The notes below the pieces were generated by a model. It was not told the origin of the DNA and did not search any database. It worked only from the letters and a program-made list of their open reading frames with translations. Of a stretch of DNA of 35,224 bases, positions 1 through 8,942 are shown piece after piece (the stretch's first letter is position 1; each line of letters starts with the position of its first letter). Origin of the DNA: Pseudobdellovibrionaceae bacterium (GTDB lineage Bacteria > Bdellovibrionota > Bdellovibrionia > Bdellovibrionales > Bdellovibrionaceae); contig JBGGMM010000234.1 of assembly GCA_041288045.1 (NCBI GenBank), positions 1 to 35,224 on the forward strand, given 5' to 3'. Made by a program: the position numbers and the translations under genes.

Positions 1-210
1 AGTAAAAAATCCCCTTCACCACAGGGAGCATCTAAAAGGCTAAAAAAAGATTGGGTATGGTAGCGCTCACTTAAAAACTGCAGAATGAATTTATTCACCC
101 CACGTTGAGTGTTTCCTTTTGGAACTTGCGTCCAATTAAAAGATTTGGCAGGAGCCTCATGGGATTCTAGCTGCAACATAAGACCCCAATCTTAATCAAT
201 AGAATTGAAA

Positions 211-1353
211 CTACGCAAGCCTTTTGGGAAGTGTGAAAATAAAATTTGCTCCTTCACCGGGCTCACTTTCCGCCCAGATCTGCCCGTGATGAATTTCGAC
301 GACTCTCCGACAAGTCGCAAGTCCAATCCCAGAACCTGGGAATGCGGCATGCAATCGAGTGTGAAGTTGAAAAATTTTGTTGCGATCTCGATCTGGAAAT
401 CCGACCCCATTGTCAGTCACTTCGAATTTCCAGTAGGGGCCTTCTTCACTCGCCTTCACGCCGATTTGCGGCTGGCGGTCTGGACAGAATTTTAAAGAAT
501 TTGAGAAGAGGTTTTGCATCAATTAAAAAAAAAAAAAAAAAGAGCCAAAGACCTCGGGTAAAAGAGCGCAGGTGATTTGGGCGGCTCGGACGGAAATTTC
601 AGATTGTAGATTTTCAAGAGCGGCTCGGACCACATCATTCATAGACAGCGACTGAAAAAGGGGTTTCCTGGATCCAATTCTTGAATAGTTCAAAAGCCCA
701 TCGATCAATTCTGTCGCCCGGTGAATGGCTTTTTTCATGGAATGAATCGTATCGTCAATTTCCTTTGAATGGGCGTTTTGAGTTTCTTCCTGCAGAAGAT
801 CGGTAAAACCATAAAGTGTTGCCAAGGGGGATTTGAAATCATGAGCAATGATTGAAGCAAATTGCTCTAAGTCCTGATTGCTTTTCTCGGCTAATTCCAA
901 AGCTGATTTGATGCTGGATTGTTCTGCTTTGGAATACTCTAAGGCGCCCAGCTCCATGGTCGCGTCAATCAGTGAGCTCAGCACATGCCTTTCACCTTCG
1001 GAGAGAGGAACATAACGATTGAGCACATCGCTCAGAATTTGCCGAAGAATCGTGTACTCTCTCAGAAGATCATTCAGGGTGTAGCTGGTGATCTGGGACC
1101 TTTGCACGGCATGTTGGGCAATCAAGTTTCTTTCCCTGGGGCTGAGATAGGGATTGAGATTTTTTAAATTCAATCCCAGCTCATGGAGAAAGGGCGCAAG
1201 ATCAGAACAAATGGTTTCCGTGGTTGCGTTGAAGGCAGAGGAAATTTCAGACCGGCATCTTTGTTCCCATGTCTTAAAAATTTCATCCTGTGACTGTTGG
1301 AGCCTCAGGAAGGGGGGGACTAGCAAGGTGGGTGCGTGCTCCGAGGTGCTCAT
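211..1353 (-). pseudogene. Sensor histidine kinase (RsbRD_N-like N-terminus, HisKA, HATPase_c) interrupted by an in-frame TAA at 523-525; possibly a sequencing artefact
   Basis: H-box FASIIAHDFKSPL in ORF 523..1485; N box QNLFSNSLKF, G1 DNGVGF and G2 GSGIGLA in ORF 211..522. Both ORFs are in the same frame, separated only by TAA at the end of a 17-nt A/T run. Probable start ATG 1353 (MSTSEH). Confidence 0.8.
525..541. repeat. Homopolymer run A17
   Basis: Read directly from the sequence; encodes SFFFFF* on the minus strand. Confidence 0.95.
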
Positions 1354-1448
1354 AAAAAACTGTTTTGTCAGAACTTCGGCAATGGCACACGATAAGTTTT
1401 TGCAAAGCCCGATGAAAGAGAAAGGGAGTGCAAAACGGCAGATAAATG

Positions 1449-1491
1449 AAAAAAAGCCCCCTTGCATCATCATGGCGAATTGCAAGAGGGC
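1449..1491 (-). terminator. Rho-independent terminator of acnA
   Basis: Minus strand GCCCTCTTGCA-14 nt loop-TGCAAGGGGGC followed by T7, just after the acnA stop. Confidence 0.8.
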
Positions 1492-1508
1492 CTCTATTGA
1501 AATTTTGT

Positions 1509-4277
1509 TTAGGACTTTGCCAAACGATCCAAAACGAAAGGCAAGATTCCGCCAGATTGATAGTATTTCAATTCGTTGGGCGTATCGATTCGAATGCGAG
1601 TGGCAATCGCTCGTGAACCTTTTGCCGAGCGAAGCGTGACCTGCAGGTCCTGTTTGGGCTGGATTTGATCTAGGCTTGGCAGATCGATTTCCTCATCTCC
1701 GACAAGGCCCAGTGAATCCACGGTGACTCCCGCTGGAAGTTGCAATGGCAAAACGCCCATTCCCACCAAGTTCGAACGGTGAATGCGTTCAAAGCTTTCA
1801 GCAACAACGGCGCGAACTCCCAAAAGGCGAGTGCCCTTTGCAGCCCAGTCCCGTGAAGAGCCAGAGCCGTACTCTTTACCGGCAAAAATGACCAGTGGGG
1901 TTTTCTTTTGCTCATAGGTCTGTGCAGCGTCATAGATGTAAGCTTCTTTTCCCTCAGGAAAAACCTTGGTGAATCCGCCTTCACGGCCAGCAATTTTATT
2001 TTTGATTCGCACGTTGGCGAAAGTCCCTCGCATCATCACTTCATGATTTCCCCGTCGAGAGCCGTAAGAATTAAAATCCTTGGCATCAACCTTGTGATTC
2101 ACCAAATACTGGCCAGCAGGGGATTTGGCGCCAATGTTTCCTGCCGGTGAGATGTGATCAGTGGTGATCGAATCGCCAAAGATGGCGAGAATGCGCGCAT
2201 TCTTCACTTGCTTTTCAGTTTTTGAAAGCTCCGGACTTAAAAATGGCGGCTGCTTGATATAAGTCGAAGACTCAGACCAAGTGTAAGTTTCACCTTTGGG
2301 AGCCTTGGTGGCTTTCCAGTAGGCATCCCCAGAGAGAACATCACTATAGACCTTTTCAAAAGCCGATGGAGTGACGTGTTTGGCAACCAAATCCGCCAAC
2401 TCTTGAGCGTCAGGCCAAATATCTTTCAAGAAAACTGGCTGACCACTGGAATCCAATGACAAAGGATCATTGGCCATATCCACATTGATATTTCCGGCCA
2501 GGGCAGAGGCGACAACTAAAATCGGCGACGCCAGATAATTGGCCATCACAGAGGGGTGGATTCGGGCTTCAAAGTTGCGGTTTCCAGAAAGCACAGAAAC
2601 AGTGGCAATCCCGGTTTTATCAATGGCCTCTTGAATTTCCTTTGGCAAAGGTCCGCTGTTGCCAATGCAAACGGCGCAGCCAAATCCGGCGATGTTAAAA
2701 CCTAAAGCTTCCAATGAAGGCATCAGACCCGAAGATTCAACGTAATCTCGAACAGCCAAGGAGCCAGGTGCAAAAGTGGTTTTCACCCAAGGCTTGACTT
2801 TCAGGCCCTTTTTCACTGCATTGCGAGCCAAAAGAGCGGCTCCCAACATCAAAGTTGGATTGGAAGTGTTCGTGCAAGAAGTGATCGCTGCCATGACAAT
2901 GGAGCCTTGGGAAAGTTTGTATTTGCTTCCGTCAGCAGTCTTAATGTCAGCAGTGGCGCCCAAAGGTCCGAGATCCTTATGCGGATGAAACTCTGACATT
3001 TCATAGGCAAGGCCTTTCATGCTGTCGCTCATCTGGGTCCACTCTTCTAATTTTTCCTTTGAAAATTGTCCGAGAGATTCCTGATGTCGATTCAAAAGAA
3101 ATTTTCGGAATGAAGTTCGAGCTTGTGACAAAGACACTCGGTCTTGAGGTCGCGAAGGACCTGACATCGACGGCTCGACAGTGGAAAGATCCAAAGTCAA
3201 AACATCCGCAAACTGAACGCCAGCGCCTTCAACTCCCCACATTTTTTGGGTTTTGTAATAAGCTTCCGCTCTTTCGGCTTTTTCTTTTCTTCCGGTTGAG
3301 CGCAAGTAATCGATCACTTTTTCATCCACTGGGAAAACGCCAATAGTGGCGCCGTACTCAGGAGACATATTGGCAACCGTGGCCCGATCGGCGATGGAAA
3401 GATTTTTCACACCTTCGCCGAAGTACTCGACAAATTTTCCGACAACTCCACGTTTTCTAAGCATCTGTGTGCAAGTCAAAACCAAATCTGTGGCCGTTAC
3501 GCCGGGCTTCAGTCGGCCCTTCATTTCAAAACCGATCACTTGCGGGATCAGCATGGTGCAAGGCTGGCCTAGCATCGCAGCTTCGGCTTCAATTCCCCCA
3601 ACTCCCCAGCCGACGACGCCAAGACCATTGATCATGGTGGTGTGGGAATCGGTTCCAACCAAAGTGTCTGGATAAATGAATTGCTGCTGGTTGGTTTCAC
3701 CAGTCATTGCGACATGCGAAAGATACTCAAGATTGACTTGATGGCAGATTCCAGTGGCAGGTGGGACGACTCGAAAATTATTGAAAGCCTGTTGACCCCA
3801 TTTCAAAAATTCATAGCGTTCGCCATTTCGCTCAAATTCCAATTTGATATTGGTGGCCAGAGAGTCTTTCTGACCGAAAGAATCCATTTGCACAGAGTGA
3901 TCGATGACCAAATCCACTGGCACCAAAGGGTTGACCTTTTTGGCATCGCCTTTGCGATCGGCCATGGCATCTCTCATCGCTGCCAAATCGGCGACAACCG
4001 GAACACCAGTGAAATCCTGTAAAAGCACTCGAGCTGGAGTGAATTGAATTTCATAATCCGATTCTTTTTTCGGATCCTGTTTCAAAACCGCTTCAATGTC
4101 TTTTTTGCTGACGATCTCGCCGTCTTCATGGCGCAAAAGATTTTCAATCAAAACTTTCATGCTGTAGGGAAGAGAAGCGAGCTTCACGCCAGTGGTTTGC
4201 TCCAGTTTTTCCATGGAATGGTAATGATAGGTTTTCCCGCCGATTTGCAGAGTGCTCAGAGTGTTAAATGAATTCAT
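1509..4277 (-). CDS. acnA: Aconitate hydratase A
   Basis: Motifs RVLLQDFTGVP, LVIDHSVQ, GTDSHTTM, ITSCTNTSN, GCAVCIGNSG (Fe-S Cys), SGNRNFE, GSSRDWAAKG, SFERIHRSNL. Start ATG 4277 has a GAGGA RBS; the ORF-track start at 4337 is probably too long. Confidence 0.97.
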   Translation of the reverse strand: MNSFNTLSTLQIGGKTYHYHSMEKLEQTTGVKLASLPYSMKVLIENLLRHEDGEIVSKKDIEAVLKQDPKKESDYEIQFTPARVLLQDFTGVPVVADLAAMRDAMADRKGDAKKVNPLVPVDLVIDHSVQMDSFGQKDSLATNIKLEFERNGERYEFLKWGQQAFNNFRVVPPATGICHQVNLEYLSHVAMTGETNQQQFIYPDTLVGTDSHTTMINGLGVVGWGVGGIEAEAAMLGQPCTMLIPQVIGFEMKGRLKPGVTATDLVLTCTQMLRKRGVVGKFVEYFGEGVKNLSIADRATVANMSPEYGATIGVFPVDEKVIDYLRSTGRKEKAERAEAYYKTQKMWGVEGAGVQFADVLTLDLSTVEPSMSGPSRPQDRVSLSQARTSFRKFLLNRHQESLGQFSKEKLEEWTQMSDSMKGLAYEMSEFHPHKDLGPLGATADIKTADGSKYKLSQGSIVMAAITSCTNTSNPTLMLGAALLARNAVKKGLKVKPWVKTTFAPGSLAVRDYVESSGLMPSLEALGFNIAGFGCAVCIGNSGPLPKEIQEAIDKTGIATVSVLSGNRNFEARIHPSVMANYLASPILVVASALAGNINVDMANDPLSLDSSGQPVFLKDIWPDAQELADLVAKHVTPSAFEKVYSDVLSGDAYWKATKAPKGETYTWSESSTYIKQPPFLSPELSKTEKQVKNARILAIFGDSITTDHISPAGNIGAKSPAGQYLVNHKVDAKDFNSYGSRRGNHEVMMRGTFANVRIKNKIAGREGGFTKVFPEGKEAYIYDAAQTYEQKKTPLVIFAGKEYGSGSSRDWAAKGTRLLGVRAVVAESFERIHRSNLVGMGVLPLQLPAGVTVDSLGLVGDEEIDLPSLDQIQPKQDLQVTLRSAKGSRAIATRIRIDTPNELKYYQSGGILPFVLDRLAKS

Positions 4278-4366
4278 AGTGGTCCTCGATTGGTTTGCAG
4301 TCAGCCTACCTGAAGAGGGCGCCAAGTGGGACTGCATTCGCAGCGCAGCAGTTTAAAAATTTTGCG

Positions 4367-4819
4367 TCATAAAAGGCTTTTGTGAAATCTTCGCAGAAGA
4401 GTTTCGCCCACCCAGAGTGGACCCACTAAAAGAAAAAAAAGATCCTGCATGAAAGAGGGTCTTTTCCGCTCGAGAATATGCCCATAAAATTGGCCAATCC
4501 AAGCCAGGGCAAAAACTCCAGCTGAGATCTCGAGCAGTCGGCTCGGACGAAAGCTCACCCAGATCCAAAAGGGAGCCAGCATCAAAAGACTCCAAACCAT
4601 CACTTTCCAATTTTTAAAGCGCAAATAATACCCTATGCTGAAAGCTGTTAGCAAATGAGCCCAAGTGAGCGATCCAAAAAAATCAGGATGTGGCAAACTC
4701 CAGAGCAGCCCCAACAGGCTCCATTCGATCAGTGGAACGCAGATTTTGTGAATGACCTGATTTTGCCGATTTTGATGAGATTTGCCATAGGTATCCAACA
4801 GGATCGCGAGTTCAGACAT
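4367..4819 (-). CDS. DUF962 / Mpo1-like membrane protein
   Basis: Y..SHQN..N..IH.ICVP N-terminus and WIGQFYGH..E..RPSF..DL.FLLVGPLW C-terminus; several TM helices. Confidence 0.85.
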   Translation of the reverse strand: MSELAILLDTYGKSHQNRQNQVIHKICVPLIEWSLLGLLWSLPHPDFFGSLTWAHLLTAFSIGYYLRFKNWKVMVWSLLMLAPFWIWVSFRPSRLLEISAGVFALAWIGQFYGHILERKRPSFMQDLFFLLVGPLWVGETLLRRFHKSLL

Positions 4820-4862
4820 GACTCATTCTTGCGAGATTCTGATTTTGTGGCAAGCTAGATCC

Positions 4863-5135
4863 ATGTTGTTTGTGACGCGACTTATTTTTAGTATGGTATT
4901 CACTTTCCAAGCGGCCTGGGCCAGTAAAGCCAGAGAGCAGGCACTTCAATTGGATCATATCGGAATTTCCCCTACGAGCCTTTTTAATGAAGGAGAAAAC
5001 CCAAAAACAACCACCCAAGTTGAGAAACAAAACCCAGTTTGTCCTCCGGTTCGACTGGGAGAGAATTGCTATGGATTTGATTGGCAAGACTCCGCGCAAG
5101 GACCAAGGTCGGGATCTTCTCAACCCAGTCGATAG
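4863..5135 (+). CDS. Small hypothetical protein, probably exported
   Basis: Signal-peptide-like N-terminus (..FTFQAAWA); first gene of a plus-strand run. Start uncertain. Confidence 0.5.
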   Translation: MLFVTRLIFSMVFTFQAAWASKAREQALQLDHIGISPTSLFNEGENPKTTTQVEKQNPVCPPVRLGENCYGFDWQDSAQGPRSGSSQPSR

Positions 5136-5174
5136 ATTTCCAGGCCCTTGTTAGCATAAAGGCGGAGGTCCTGA

Positions 5175-5936
5175 ATGATCCGCCTGTGGATTTTTGCTGT
5201 CTTATTGCCACTTTCTGTTTGGGCTGAAGGCCCCTTTTCCAAACTTCCTCTCACAAATGTCATTTGTGGTCCCCAAGCTCTCAGTCTTTTGCAACAGTGG
5301 AAAGCCAAAGACGAATGGCGTTTGAAATTTTCTGTCGATGTTGAAGAGAAAAAATATCAAAGTCCGACAGATGAATTCGGAACTTGGGTGCAAATTCAGT
5401 GGCGAGACGGAAAAGAACTGAAGCTCAGTCAGTTCTCTGAAAAAAAGCAGAGCTTTGTTCGATTTGACTCACAATGTGAGCCGATTTTGCAGACCCAGGT
5501 CACACCACGGCGCTTGGCCCAAGTGACGGAAGTGGTGGCTCCAGCAGCAAGCGGACTGGCGCCATGGACGGACAAACAAATTGAGAAAATTTTAAAAGAA
5601 AAAAAATCAGCTGTGTTTTTCCTTTGGACTCCGCACATGCAAGTTTCAGTTGAAGCTTTAAGAGAAATTCAGGCAGCCACACAGAAATTGAAAGTGCCAT
5701 TGTACGCTTTGGTTGAACCGAATTCCAATGCCCAGTCGGCAAAATCCATTGCCAAAAAAATCAAAGTCCCAGCTTCGCAAGTTTTTTATTTGGATTCCTT
5801 TGAGCTCAGTCTTCGCGATTTTCGCTTGCATTTTCCCTCACTGATCGTCGTCAGCAAAGGTCAATTTTCAAGTCCAGTGCAAAGAGGGCTTGAATCCGCT
5901 GAAGTTTATGAAGATTACATTCGAGCTCATCTCTAA
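5175..5936 (+). CDS. Secreted hypothetical protein with a C-terminal thioredoxin-like domain lacking CxxC
   Basis: GGAGG RBS; signal peptide ..PLSVWA; SAVFFLWTPHMQVS and HFPSLIVV resemble Trx-fold beta1 and the cis-Pro region. Confidence 0.7.
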   Translation: MIRLWIFAVLLPLSVWAEGPFSKLPLTNVICGPQALSLLQQWKAKDEWRLKFSVDVEEKKYQSPTDEFGTWVQIQWRDGKELKLSQFSEKKQSFVRFDSQCEPILQTQVTPRRLAQVTEVVAPAASGLAPWTDKQIEKILKEKKSAVFFLWTPHMQVSVEALREIQAATQKLKVPLYALVEPNSNAQSAKSIAKKIKVPASQVFYLDSFELSLRDFRLHFPSLIVVSKGQFSSPVQRGLESAEVYEDYIRAHL

Positions 5937-5948
5937 AGGGATTTTTGT

Positions 5949-7535
5949 ATGAAATTGAAAGTTTTTTTCGCAATTTTATTTTTGGCGCAAACGGTATTGG
6001 CGCAAACTTCCAGTCCGATCTGCCAGTCGGCCAATCCCTTGGCTTACGAAGTGCTGGCGGAAATGCCCCAGGGCCTTTACGCTGCTTGGTGGCCTGAATT
6101 TTTACAGACGAAAAGTGGTCAGAGATGGGCTGCCATCATGTGTTCACAAAAGCCGACTGTGATTGTTGGCGGCGGAAATTGTATTTTTGATTTGGGTGAC
6201 CAGAATTCCGGAAATTATTTTTCCTCTCCGGGGGTTTATGATGGGCAGTGGACTCGGGATCTCGAAAGTGAGCCGCTCTTCACGGCTCCGAATAAATTCA
6301 ACACTCCAAAAGGGGGATTGGATCCTGGTCTGACATTTTTTCGCCACAAAGACGTGCTTGAAAAAGGCGCACAGGCGCAAGCGATTTTTCATGATCCCGT
6401 TTTTGGCAATCACTATCACAGTTTTGGAGTTGTCAGTCGGGGAGTGGACGACAAAGGTCAACGCTTTGTCATTCACCGTGCAATGAATGACAAATGGGGA
6501 GCGAGCATTCGGGATTTCAAAGCCATTTTGGATCCCAATGGAAACACTCTTTCGATTGCGGCTGTGGCCGGCGAAAGGAATCTCACCAATGGGGTCGGCG
6601 ACACGGAGCAAGTTCGCAAAGAGCCCAAAGATTCGGCTGATCCCAAAGCCCATTACAGTTACTATGATTTGCCAATGATTTCACCTGATGCTCGCTTTTT
6701 CGCAGTCAACAATCGAAAGACGATGACAGCGCAAATTTTTGAAATCACAGCCCAAGGAAAGCGCCTGCTAACGGATTTGGGATTTGAAGCTGGAAAGCTT
6801 TCCTTTGCTCCTCTCAAGCCGGGATCGAGCGAATTGAAAGTCGCTTTTCATGTGGATCAAATCGATCCCGCCGAAGGTGACAAATCCAGCTCGCTCCATA
6901 AAGGCATGACCAAGGACATCGTGGTGATGAAATTCCAAATAGGTAAGGATAACCAGGGGCAGGTCAGCTTGACTCGCAAAGAAGCCATTCGAGTCACAGC
7001 CAGCGGTCTTTTGGGGGATGGCAACTATTACCCGAAATGGATCACGGATCACGAATTGATTTTCATCCAAAGCCGCAATCAGCGGCAGAGCTTTATCAAA
7101 GTCGATGTGGATCTTTTGAAGGATCACTCGCAGCGCTTGGAAGCGATCGGAGCGTCGGACTGTGCGAATTGTGTGAAGCCTGCCTATGAAGCCGTGGTGG
7201 CCTTAGGAAAAATGTATGCCGATCAGTGCACGAATTTTTCTGACAAGCTCTCGGCTCGTGAAGTGCAGCTTCTCAGTTTGAAGCTTCGGCAAGAGTCCTG
7301 TCTGTCTTTGGCGCAAAACTGGGAAGTGCAAAAACCTCAGCTGCTGAAATCAGTCGCTCTTTACTCTTTGAGAAAAACCAAAAAACCAGGGGAGCAGAGA
7401 GTGCCGGGGTGGGGATTTCCCGAATCCTATTCCACTCGGGGCTCTGAGCGTTTGGAAAAGCCAGCTTCGCGGTCGGCAATGGAGAAATTGACAAGCGCTG
7501 ACTTACAAGCTGTTTGCCAAGCCTTTAAGAAGTAA
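5949..7535 (+). CDS. Secreted hypothetical protein, probable TolB/WD40-like beta-propeller
   Basis: Signal peptide ..QTVLA; blade-like motifs LPMISPDARFFAV, KLSFAP, YYPKWITDHELIF. Confidence 0.7.
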   Translation: MKLKVFFAILFLAQTVLAQTSSPICQSANPLAYEVLAEMPQGLYAAWWPEFLQTKSGQRWAAIMCSQKPTVIVGGGNCIFDLGDQNSGNYFSSPGVYDGQWTRDLESEPLFTAPNKFNTPKGGLDPGLTFFRHKDVLEKGAQAQAIFHDPVFGNHYHSFGVVSRGVDDKGQRFVIHRAMNDKWGASIRDFKAILDPNGNTLSIAAVAGERNLTNGVGDTEQVRKEPKDSADPKAHYSYYDLPMISPDARFFAVNNRKTMTAQIFEITAQGKRLLTDLGFEAGKLSFAPLKPGSSELKVAFHVDQIDPAEGDKSSSLHKGMTKDIVVMKFQIGKDNQGQVSLTRKEAIRVTASGLLGDGNYYPKWITDHELIFIQSRNQRQSFIKVDVDLLKDHSQRLEAIGASDCANCVKPAYEAVVALGKMYADQCTNFSDKLSAREVQLLSLKLRQESCLSLAQNWEVQKPQLLKSVALYSLRKTKKPGEQRVPGWGFPESYSTRGSERLEKPASRSAMEKLTSADLQAVCQAFKK

Positions 7536-7548
7536 TTAAAAGAGGAAC

Positions 7549-7962
7549 ATGCAGTATGTTCCTCGCATTCTTTTTGAAATCGAACTGGAATACACCCGAA
7601 GCCGTGGGCCCGGCGGCCAGCATGTCAATCGCACCAATTCAGCAGCTTTGCTTCGGTGGAATGTGCCAAGCACAGTGGTTTTTTCCGAAGAGGAAAAATC
7701 GCTTCTTCTCACTCGTCTGCAAAATCAAATTTCTCAAGATGGTGACATCATCCTTCGCAGCGATGAATTTCGCGATCAAGAAGCCAACCGCAAAAAGTGT
7801 CTAGAAAAATTAGACGCCCTGATCACCAAAGCTTTCTTCACCCCCAAAAAAAGAAAAGCCACAAGGCCCACGAAAGCCTCCAAAGTCCGCCGCCAAACCC
7901 AAAAACGCCAAAGAGGCGAAATCAAATCCCACCGAGGCAAAATCCGCGGCTGGGAGGAGTAG
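7549..7962 (+). CDS. arfB: Alternative ribosome-rescue peptidyl-tRNA hydrolase ArfB
   Basis: RSRGPGGQHVN (GGQ), R.Q..NR, basic tail PKKRKATRPTKASKVRR; GAGG RBS. Confidence 0.93.
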   Translation: MQYVPRILFEIELEYTRSRGPGGQHVNRTNSAALLRWNVPSTVVFSEEEKSLLLTRLQNQISQDGDIILRSDEFRDQEANRKKCLEKLDALITKAFFTPKKRKATRPTKASKVRRQTQKRQRGEIKSHRGKIRGWEE

Positions 7963-8170
7963 TCCGCACTTGAGGTGCGGGTTTACTCCTGGCAGGCGGG
8001 TCTGGGGCTCTCAAGCACAGCGGTACCGTCTGTAAACGTGGGTGTGTCCGTCCATGCGAAGGCTCCCAGACGACCATCCGCCGACATGGCATCGTCCAGC
8101 TTCGCCTCCGCGGCTCCGGGTCGTCTGGCAAGTTTTTCGGAGGAGAGTGGTGGGTGCGGAGTGTGCGGCC
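7955..8170. repeat. GC-rich REP-like palindromic, structured element
   Basis: GTAG followed by hairpin CCGCAC-TTGAG-GTGCGG (7959-7980), extended by AGGAGTA/TACTCCT. Perfect IR CCAGACGACC (8066-8075) / GGTCGTCTGG (8119-8128). About 64% GC by hand count over 7961-8170; next to a Y1 transposase. Confidence 0.55.
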
Positions 8171-8407
8171 AATCCTGCATTTTGGGGAATTATCGCAGTT
8201 ACAAAAAATGTTGAAAAAAGATTTGACGTCGTTTTTTGCTTTCTCATTTTGGATTTGAGAGAAGATTTTTGTGATTTTGGAAATTCTGAAAAATTCTTTG
8301 AGATCGCTTTGGGGCGAAGGTCTTATGGCTTTTACGATTTCATTTTCAAGCCACTCTCTCACTCTTTGAAAATACTCTCAAAAAACTCGTGTTAGAACTC
8401 TTTTACT

Positions 8408-8917
8408 ATGAAACAAAAAACTTACTCCAAAATAAAAAACATGAAATCATTCGGTGGTGAGCTTCTTAAGGGAAAAAGAAAAACGAAAAGGCCGCTTTCT
8501 ACCAAGCAGCCCTTACACCTTGTTTTGAAAGCTTGTGAAAAGTTAGTTTTTTCTCCTGGTAATCTTTCTTTGGAAAAACTGATTCACCGTCAGGCTCAGA
8601 AGTTCAATGTGAAAATTTACGAGCTGGCGATCAATTGGAGTCACATTCATATGATTATTAAGATCAAAGAGCGAGAGAACTACAACCAATTCATCCGCGC
8701 TCTTTGCTCGATCTTGGCTGCAAAAGTCAGAGCGCGAAAACCTCATTTGAAATCTCTTTTCACCCTTCGCCCCTTTACTCGCATCATTTCGTGGGGTCGG
8801 GATTTCAGATCGGTGCTCAATTACCTCATCATCAATCAAATGGAAGCTCGAGGTCTGATTTCCAGATTAAAGAAGCCGAATGGAAAAAAAAGACGGCCCA
8901 CATCGGGGCCGTCATGA
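8408..8917 (+). mobile_element. IS200/IS605-like Y1 (HUH) transposase, RAYT-like; no tnpB
   Basis: HLVLK strand, HUH motif NWSHIHMII, F..RPFTRII.W and catalytic Tyr helix VLNYLIINQ; 169 aa. Confidence 0.8.
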
Positions 8918-8942
8918 AAAACAAATCTAGGTTTTGATTTCA

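Noticed and set aside
1..210. Possible gene or RNA at the left edge
   Set aside because: Only very short ORFs and no convincing structure; context is cut off by the window.
525..541. Phase-variable slipped-strand ON/OFF switch
   Set aside because: Both halves are already in frame, and every frame-preserving run length still gives TAA.
7922..8395. Several overlapping short ORFs across the GC-rich element
   Set aside because: No recognisable domains or RBS; expected from GC-rich, stop-poor palindromic DNA.
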